From the sequence record OZ556245.1: DNA of 64,000 bases. One strand, given 5' to 3'. A model generated the notes under the pieces. The model saw nothing but the letters and a program-made list of their open reading frames with translations. It was not told where the DNA came from and ran no database searches. Source of the DNA: a phage. The number at the start of each line of letters is the position of its first letter. The first letter of the stretch is position 1. Shown here one piece after another: positions 58,402 through 64,000 of the stretch. The position numbers and the translations under genes were made by a program.

Positions 58402-58605
58402 TTAAACTCTCGTATTATGATCGATAATTTCATCAAGAAACATATCTAAAGCTTCTACAGCATTATTAACTTTAGCTTCAAATTTTTCAATACCTTTATT
58501 TGCAATGCCTGCCGAAAACCAAGCAAAGTCACTAAGTTCCTCATCTGCTTTGCGAATTAAAGCTACCAATTCTTTAATTTTATCTGCTTGTTCAATTCTA
58601 GTCAT
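58402..58605 (-). CDS. small helical protein, S/T-x-EQ-like family (67 aa)
   Basis: ORF track 58402..58641 trimmed to internal ATG ([14 protein letters not shown]). Confidence 0.45.
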   Translation of the reverse strand: MTRIEQADKIKELVALIRKADEELSDFAWFSAGIANKGIEKFEAKVNNAVEALDMFLDEIIDHNTRV

Positions 58606-58838
58606 TATTCCACCACATATGAAAGAGAGAATATTGCACACGCCATATGAGTTGCAGCTTCATCACACATATCATAACGTTTCTTAAGAAGTTCTACAAG
58701 TTCTTCACTAGTAACTTCATCCATGTCGACGAAAAAATCACCATTAATGATGACGTAGATATTTCCTTCTTGATTGAGTGCTTCAATTTTCATGATGTTC
58801 TCCTCTTTATCCGATGGTTGTATAGTATCACGGCTCAA
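58605..58838 (-). CDS. hypothetical small protein (77 aa)
   Basis: ORF track; early promoter upstream. Confidence 0.45.
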   Translation of the reverse strand: MSRDTIQPSDKEENIMKIEALNQEGNIYVIINGDFFVDMDEVTSEELVELLKKRYDMCDEAATHMACAIFSLSYVVE

Positions 58839-58866
58839 ATTGAAAGTAAACTGGTAAAATGAAAAA

Positions 58867-58884
58867 AGTCTCCCGAAGGAGACT
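58867..58884 (-). terminator. UUCG-tetraloop hairpin
   Basis: AGUCUCCUUCGGGAGACUUUUUUC. Confidence 0.6.
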
Positions 58885-58888
58885 AATG

Positions 58889-59275
58889 TTATTCGAGGGA
58901 AAGAAGATATTTGCTCTGGTAAAACATCCCAGTAATATCATCTATCGTGCTTTGAATGGCTGGAGGCATTTCTTTATAAATGCTGTTAGATTGGTCTAGT
59001 ATGTGATCAATCATTTTAATTGTATCGGTAGGAAGTTTACTGGCATCTGGAATAGAAGGCGTGTATTTTCTACCAGAATACCCCAAATATTGCTCACCAA
59101 ATTTATCAATCAAATCTGGCAATTCAGAGAAAATAAAATCGTATGCTTTGTGTCTAGCATAACTTTTAGTTTCAAAATGTGCAGAATGAAAATAAGCTTG
59201 TGCAGCCATTAATAAACCTAAGTATTCATCTGCCTTTGAAGGTTTTCCACTTTGTGAAAAGTCGCTGAATTTCAT
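58889..59275 (-). CDS. hypothetical protein (128 aa), rI.-1 position
   Basis: ORF track; synteny. Confidence 0.5.
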   Translation of the reverse strand: MKFSDFSQSGKPSKADEYLGLLMAAQAYFHSAHFETKSYARHKAYDFIFSELPDLIDKFGEQYLGYSGRKYTPSIPDASKLPTDTIKMIDHILDQSNSIYKEMPPAIQSTIDDITGMFYQSKYLLSLE

Positions 59276-59565
59276 TCAGTCTCCAATTTAATGTTCATAA
59301 TTCTAGCGTATGATTGTGCCATCTCCGCGCCTCGCTCTATACATTCAAAATCGGAAGAGCACGGGTCATTTTTATAAGTCGTTCGCATAAAACTATAGAA
59401 CTGTTCAGATGATTCTACGCTTTTATTTTCAAAAAGCATATAAACGTGTCTAATACCAGATTCCATAAATTTATCAAAATGAGGATCGACATTCGCTTCA
59501 ATTGGTGGAGATAAAGCAAACGCTAATCCTAGCATGGCAAATAGTGCCGTTGCTTTTAAGGCCAT
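59272..59565 (-). CDS. rI: lysis-inhibition regulator rI (periplasmic antiholin)
   Basis: 97 aa with N-terminal signal/SAR segment, next to tk. Confidence 0.75.
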   Translation of the reverse strand: MALKATALFAMLGLAFALSPPIEANVDPHFDKFMESGIRHVYMLFENKSVESSEQFYSFMRTTYKNDPCSSDFECIERGAEMAQSYARIMNIKLETE

Positions 59566-59577
59566 AAAGGCCTCCTA

Positions 59578-59790
59578 TCATTTTTGTCCTGTATTTACTT
59601 TATGCCGATGCACGGCCTTAACTTTATCAAGGTATTTTTCAAAATTTCGCAATCTAGTATAGTCTGCCGGAGATTGGTTGAGTGATACTTCTCGACGCAA
59701 AGCTGAAATGATATTTCCAACTTCCCTACGAATTTCATCTAATTGAAGAACAGTAAGATTGCGAAGTTGCTTTTCAGTTAATTGTAGCAT
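59578..59790 (-). CDS. hypothetical protein (70 aa)
   Basis: ORF track. Confidence 0.45.
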
Positions 59791-59832
59791 ATATACCCCT
59801 TTAGTTAGATAAACCTATTTATAACTTTTGCA

Positions 59833-60414
59833 CTAACCAAGCTTTTTAGTTAATTCATTCCAATGTTTTCTACACAAAGAAACATAAATTTCATCACCAA
59901 TACAGATTTGATTACCTTCTTTAACTGGCGTTCCATCTTCCATTAATCGAGCTGTCATAATAGCTTTTTTACCACAATGACAAACTGCTTTTAGTTCAAT
60001 AAGTTTATCTGCAATCGCCAAAAGTTCTTTAGAACCTTCAAATAATTTTCCAGCGAAATCAGTCCTTAGTCCATAAGCCATAACAGGAACATTATATGTA
60101 TCAACAATTCGGCTTAATTGATGCACCTGTTCAGTTTTTAAAAACTGGGCTTCATCTACAAATACACAATGAATATCCTTTTGTGCTTCAGCCCATTTAT
60201 AGAACTCAAAAATATCCATATCATCCGTAATAATATTCGCTTCCTGCTTAATTCCAATGCGAGAAACGACTTCACAGACAGAATCACGAGTATCAATAGC
60301 AGGCTTAAGAACTAATACACCCATTCCGCGTTCTTTATAATTATGCGCAGCAGTCAAAAGAGAAGCAGATTTTCCAGCATTCATTGCTGCGTAAGTAAAA
60401 ATTAAACTCGCCAT
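59833..60414 (-). CDS. tk: thymidine kinase
   Basis: 193 aa; P-loop AAMNAGKSASLL; C-terminal Cys cluster. Confidence 0.9.
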   Translation of the reverse strand: MASLIFTYAAMNAGKSASLLTAAHNYKERGMGVLVLKPAIDTRDSVCEVVSRIGIKQEANIITDDMDIFEFYKWAEAQKDIHCVFVDEAQFLKTEQVHQLSRIVDTYNVPVMAYGLRTDFAGKLFEGSKELLAIADKLIELKAVCHCGKKAIMTARLMEDGTPVKEGNQICIGDEIYVSLCRKHWNELTKKLG

Positions 60415-60415
60415 C

Positions 60416-60604
60416 TTAGTCCTTAGTTAAATTTTCTAAATATGTTTCTAAATCATTTTCAGCTTTATCGATAGATTTTACTAATTCGTAATATGTTTCA
60501 GCATCTCCATAATCTGAAGCCGCTTCAAAAGATAAATCTCGTTCTAAACTAACAATTTCGCTGATTAAAAATCGTATTTCATTCTTTTGTTCGCGAGTAA
60601 TCAT
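60416..60604 (-). CDS. small helical protein, S/T-x-EQ family (62 aa)
   Basis: N-terminus MITREQKNEIRFLISEI. Confidence 0.45.
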   Translation of the reverse strand: MITREQKNEIRFLISEIVSLERDLSFEAASDYGDAETYYELVKSIDKAENDLETYLENLTKD

Positions 60605-60786
60605 AAGGAATTTATATAATCAATAAGTTCTTGTTCTTTATCGTCGAAATCTTTACACAGTTCTTCGTATTCATCGGTATTAAAAGGACCGCATTCATCA
60701 CAAACTTTTTCTAATTCATTGTTTTTATCCATAACTTCATGAATAAGAGAAAACAGCCTGTCTTTCTGTTCTTTGCTTAGGCTCAT
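60601..60786 (-). CDS. small helical protein, S/T-x-EQ family (61 aa)
   Basis: N-terminus MSLSKEQKDRLFSLIHEV. Confidence 0.45.
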   Translation of the reverse strand: MSLSKEQKDRLFSLIHEVMDKNNELEKVCDECGPFNTDEYEELCKDFDDKEQELIDYINSL

Positions 60787-60955
60787 AGTATGTCAATCCC
60801 CAAAAGTTTTAAAATGACTCGTTTCTGATTCATAACCGCTACGATTGAATGACCGTTGGGGTCTTTTTGACCTGATCCAATTATAAATCCTTTTTGCGCA
60901 GAAAGTTCAATCAAAACATCAAGTTCACGTAATAATTGATATTTTAAATCATCAT

Positions 60956-61183
60956 TCATTTTGGTTTACCTTCTTTAACGAAATCGGGATAAGGATAAAA
61001 TCCTGAATAAAATCCTTCACCTTTATGATTGATGCATCCTTTATTAGAACAGTAGCACCAATAATCGAAATCACAAGCCATTTCATCATTACATAAAGCA
61101 AAAACAACCGGCCATTCACACTTTTCGCAGTGGGCATTTTTAAGAATACTAGTTTGGCTCATAACCATGTAACCTTTAAGCAA
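60956..61183 (-). CDS. Cys-rich small protein (75 aa)
   Basis: eight Cys in CEKCEW...CNDEMACDFDYWCYCSNKGC. Confidence 0.45.
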   Translation of the reverse strand: MLKGYMVMSQTSILKNAHCEKCEWPVVFALCNDEMACDFDYWCYCSNKGCINHKGEGFYSGFYPYPDFVKEGKPK

Positions 61184-61371
61184 TATTCTTCTACGTGCTG
61201 TTTACGACCTTTCTTATCAATAAAGGTATATTCAACGAATGTTCCAACATAGTCTTTATTTACATCATGTGGACTATTAATTGGGCATTTAGTACGGCAA
61301 ATGCGTTCCCATTGACGAATAATTTCCACTTTGTTTTTAGGATCAAATGGATGCGGGTAATGTACTTTCAT
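61159..61371 (-). CDS. hypothetical protein (70 aa)
   Basis: ORF track. Confidence 0.45.
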   Translation of the reverse strand: MKVHYPHPFDPKNKVEIIRQWERICRTKCPINSPHDVNKDYVGTFVEYTFIDKKGRKQHVEEYCLKVTWL

Positions 61372-61822
61372 AATCCACCACTATTAAATCAATATCAGGA
61401 GTAAACATGTCGATTAATTTAGAAACCTTATCCCAATCGCCGCCAGCAATACCGCAACCGATGCGTGGAATGTAAATTACTGGTTTAAACAAAAGGGTTT
61501 CTGCCTGTAGATTTAATTCTATCATGCAGTTTACTAAAGCACCATAATCAAGATTAGGACCCGGTTCGTATTGCGTATACAAATTATAGCACATACTAAA
61601 TCCTGTAGGATTATGTTTAAAAACAATAGACATATCGCCTAATTTATCACGAGAACCGTACTCGGTAGTGGTTTTATCTATTTCTAAAATTTTGGGATAG
61701 GCTCTTGCTAATTGACCTGCTACGCCAGAGCCCATTGTGTGGAAGCAATTACACCCGTGCGCAATAATATTACCTTGAAGAAATAGGGCGACAATATCGC
61801 CCTTGATATATTTTACAATCAT
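61343..61822 (-). CDS. macro-domain protein (ADP-ribose binding/processing fold)
   Basis: KGDIVAL...HGCNCFHTMGSGVAGQL...IPRIGCGIAGGDW matches macro-domain GDI, Gly-rich loop and second Gly loop. Confidence 0.6.
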   Translation of the reverse strand: MIVKYIKGDIVALFLQGNIIAHGCNCFHTMGSGVAGQLARAYPKILEIDKTTTEYGSRDKLGDMSIVFKHNPTGFSMCYNLYTQYEPGPNLDYGALVNCMIELNLQAETLLFKPVIYIPRIGCGIAGGDWDKVSKLIDMFTPDIDLIVVDYESTLPASI

Positions 61823-62166
61823 CTAGTACTCAATCCTCGATTATAAGAATCTACTAAACGGTCAACCATTGAATGACAAGCGGCTTTATCTTTCTCCTCC
61901 GCAACTGAACATTCTAAGGTATTCCACTTTTTAGCATATCGTTTTAACAATGTATCATTTTTGTATCTGCTTGATTTATCTCTTTCTCCGCCTTTATATG
62001 CATATATTAATTTCTGCGCAAATTCAGCTTGGCATGCTTTATTTTTCCCACAATAATCCGCGGCAGTACGGTTTACATACTCTCTAATTTCAGTATATGA
62101 TGTATCTGCTAACGCAGAAGCAGAAAATGAAATTAATCCTATACATAAAACCAAAATTTTAGTCAT
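61819..62166 (-). CDS. secreted small protein (115 aa)
   Basis: N-terminal signal peptide MTKILVLCIGLISFSASALA. Confidence 0.5.
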   Translation of the reverse strand: MTKILVLCIGLISFSASALADTSYTEIREYVNRTAADYCGKNKACQAEFAQKLIYAYKGGERDKSSRYKNDTLLKRYAKKWNTLECSVAEEKDKAACHSMVDRLVDSYNRGLSTR

Positions 62167-62704
62167 TTACTATTTCCAAAAGTTTATTATTTTTAAGGTA
62201 ATTAGCCTTTTCTAGGACTTCAGAAGCATATTTAGAACCTGCTTTAACATTCCATCCCGAATTATAAGAGGATATCGCCTTTCTTATATCGCCCTTATGT
62301 ATATTTAACCAATAAGAAAGTTCAATGTACGCCCAGGAAGCTGAATTGGACCGTTTATTCAACATTCTTTTTATTTCAGCATCGGTCATATTATAACCAA
62401 GTTCCTTAACTCTTGCTCGCATAGTAGGCAAATAATTTTGGAACATTCCATAGGCATGATGCTTTGGTTTAGATTTTAAATTAACTCCGCCAGAGCTTTC
62501 TTGCCATAAAATGGCTGCCATTATATGACCTAATCCACTCTTGTGGATATTTTTGTGCGTTTTATATTTTCCATCCTTAGAAAACTGTTCCCCGAATTGA
62601 TACGCGTAACGCATGTTATCGAGTTGGACATTACTGAAAGTATGCTCGGAGCTATGTGCCATCATTGAAATGGCCAATAGACCAGCGAGTAGTGCTTTTC
62701 TCAT
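62159..62704 (-). CDS. periplasmic lytic transglycosylase-like protein (SLT domain)
   Basis: signal peptide; catalytic-type motif ILWQESSGG and AYGMFQ. Confidence 0.6.
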   Translation of the reverse strand: MRKALLAGLLAISMMAHSSEHTFSNVQLDNMRYAYQFGEQFSKDGKYKTHKNIHKSGLGHIMAAILWQESSGGVNLKSKPKHHAYGMFQNYLPTMRARVKELGYNMTDAEIKRMLNKRSNSASWAYIELSYWLNIHKGDIRKAISSYNSGWNVKAGSKYASEVLEKANYLKNNKLLEIVND

Positions 62705-62711
62705 GCTTACC

Positions 62712-63173
62712 TCATTGAGTTTTAATTACTGCTTTAGAAGCCTTTCCTGGTAAACGACGACTGTTAATAATTGCCATCCTGCATTGAAGCGACGGGTCTT
62801 TGAACTTCGCATTAGGTTTACAAACTGTAAATCCAAGCCAAAGATTTCCATCTGTAATTTCTAAACGTCCAGGACGGTATTCAACCCCATCAATAAAATC
62901 CTCATCAATGTCAGGACGCGGAGGCATACTCAGGAATTCATTAACTTCTAAAACATGGTCTTTTATTTTGTGGAATAATTCAAAAACATATGTCTCATCA
63001 ATCTCCCGTTGAATTGCACGATCAAGAAGATGCTGAGAATATTTTAGATGAAACGATGAGACCCCTGCTGCTTTTGATGCCTCACGAATCTCATTGTTAA
63101 TTTGACGAAACTCCGACTCAAAGTGACGACGAAGCTTATTTCGACGGATAAAAACTTCTGTGTTGATAGTCAT
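62712..63173 (-). CDS. regB: RegB endoribonuclease
   Basis: 153 aa as T4 RegB; own early promoter immediately upstream. Confidence 0.75.
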   Translation of the reverse strand: MTINTEVFIRRNKLRRHFESEFRQINNEIREASKAAGVSSFHLKYSQHLLDRAIQREIDETYVFELFHKIKDHVLEVNEFLSMPPRPDIDEDFIDGVEYRPGRLEITDGNLWLGFTVCKPNAKFKDPSLQCRMAIINSRRLPGKASKAVIKTQ

Positions 63174-63201
63174 GTTATTCTCCTCTTAACTGATAGAAAA
63201 A

Positions 63202-63231
63202 TTATACCACAGTCAAGAGGAAAAGTAAACA
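63202..63231 (-). promoter_or_regulatory. early promoter upstream of regB
   Basis: GTTTAC - 17 nt - TGGTATAAT. Confidence 0.55.
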
Positions 63232-63232
63232 G

Positions 63233-63553
63233 TTATTCTTTAAATTTAATCAATTTATTCATAGACTTTGAAACTTCTGCACGGACCTCATGTAGGTTTT
63301 TAAGCTGTTCAAGACGTTGCTCATAGTAAGCAATTTCATCTTCTTCAAGACAGTCCTGTGAATCTTCTTTAAGATAACGTGCATAGTCCTGGAAAGCTTT
63401 ACGGACTACTTCTTGGAAGTCATCAAGACTTTGAATTTTCTTAGGAGCAACAGATACACGACGAGGGGCAGTATAATACTCATAACCAAACCCTGCGCTT
63501 AATTGAGCCATTAATATTTTTCCTCTGGTTGGAATACCGCGCGACAAGCCCAC
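63233..63553 (-). CDS. hypothetical protein (106 aa)
   Basis: ORF track. Confidence 0.45.
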   Translation of the reverse strand: MGLSRGIPTRGKILMAQLSAGFGYEYYTAPRRVSVAPKKIQSLDDFQEVVRKAFQDYARYLKEDSQDCLEEDEIAYYEQRLEQLKNLHEVRAEVSKSMNKLIKFKE

Positions 63554-63813
63554 ATACTAGCTTCTTTGAGTTTCGTTTTAGCAATAGTTAGCTGATCAAG
63601 GCTTTCAGCATAATTCTTTGCGAATTCGTAGTCTTCGCAATTATCTAGTGCTTCCCAGAATTCATCGTATAAAGCGTCAAAGATAAGTCCTAAACGAACT
63701 TCAGCGTCTTTAATAGCATTCACTTTATCGATTTTCTCTTCAGTGTGCGGCTTATAACCTTTAATATCTTCAATCATATTTGACTTCCTCACCCGTTCCC
63801 AAATCATATTCAA
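63511..63813 (-). CDS. hypothetical helical protein (about 100 aa)
   Basis: ORF track; start may be internal. Confidence 0.45.
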   Translation of the reverse strand: MNMIWERVRKSNMIEDIKGYKPHTEEKIDKVNAIKDAEVRLGLIFDALYDEFWEALDNCEDYEFAKNYAESLDQLTIAKTKLKEASMWACRAVFQPEEKY

Positions 63814-63991
63814 CTAAACGAATAGGTTCATGAATGCCATATCCTTGAACAGAAATTTCTGTCGTAGGATAAATTCCATTAATATCACCCATGTTCCACG
63901 CTTCATTAAATTGCTGTTCGCCTGAATTACTAAACCATTCGGCAAAAGCATTTAACACATCTTCAGAACCTTCAATAATCATCTTTGCCAT
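63770..63991 (-). CDS. hypothetical acidic protein (73 aa)
   Basis: ORF track. Confidence 0.45.
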   Translation of the reverse strand: MAKMIIEGSEDVLNAFAEWFSNSGEQQFNEAWNMGDINGIYPTTEISVQGYGIHEPIRLVEYDLGTGEEVKYD

Positions 63992-64000
63992 TACAAGCTC

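Noticed and set aside
60952-61137. 61-aa minus-strand ORF
   Set aside because: Alternative frame of the Cys-rich ORF 60956..61183; hydrophobic low-complexity translation, judged less likely but not excluded
1-64000. CRISPR arrays, tRNA/rRNA genes, integrases or transposases
   Set aside because: No direct-repeat/spacer arrays and no cloverleaf-like or rRNA-like segments seen; the repeated elements present are promoter-leader cassettes and hairpins

Overview
The window is a contiguous stretch of a T-even (T4-like, Tevenvirinae) coliphage genome covering the early/middle region, collinear with T4 from the denB-rIIB-rIIA-39 end to tk-vs-regB. All convincing genes are on the minus strand and tightly packed, often with ATGA/TAATG stop-start overlaps. 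Recognisable products include rIIA/rIIB, fused topoisomerase gp39, DexA, Dda, ModA/ModB, Soc, dCTPase gp56, primase gp61, helicase gp41, UvsX, dCMP hydroxymethylase gp42, Imm, DNA polymerase gp43, RegA, clamp loader gp44/gp62, clamp gp45, RpbA, gp46/gp47, alpha-glucosyltransferase, sigma factor gp55, NrdH/NrdG/NrdD, endonuclease VII, NrdC, rI, thymidine kinase and RegB. Between these sit many small accessory ORFs, repeated early-promoter/leader cassettes (GTTTAC...TATAAT on the transcribed strand), MotA-box middle promoters and C(UUCG)G tetraloop hairpin terminators. Features that depart from canonical T4: gp39 is one 606-aa ORF with no gene 60 split, nrdD is intronless, no homing-endonuclease-sized ORFs appear at the T4 mobD, segF or nrdD positions, and a DXD-type glycosyltransferase occupies the beta-gt locus. 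The candidates I rate highest for a second look are a macro-domain protein in the tk-vs interval, an AAA+ ATPase / DUF4031-like / nucleotidyltransferase module, and a run of five genes sharing C-terminal coiled coils; none of these is established as a new system from sequence alone. No tRNA, rRNA, CRISPR, integrase or transposase was found. Coordinates of ORFs follow the supplied track (some starts trimmed to an internal ATG with a Shine-Dalgarno); coordinates of non-coding features and hand-found small ORFs are approximate to a few nt. No database search was run; all family assignments rest on motifs, lengths and synteny recalled from T4.
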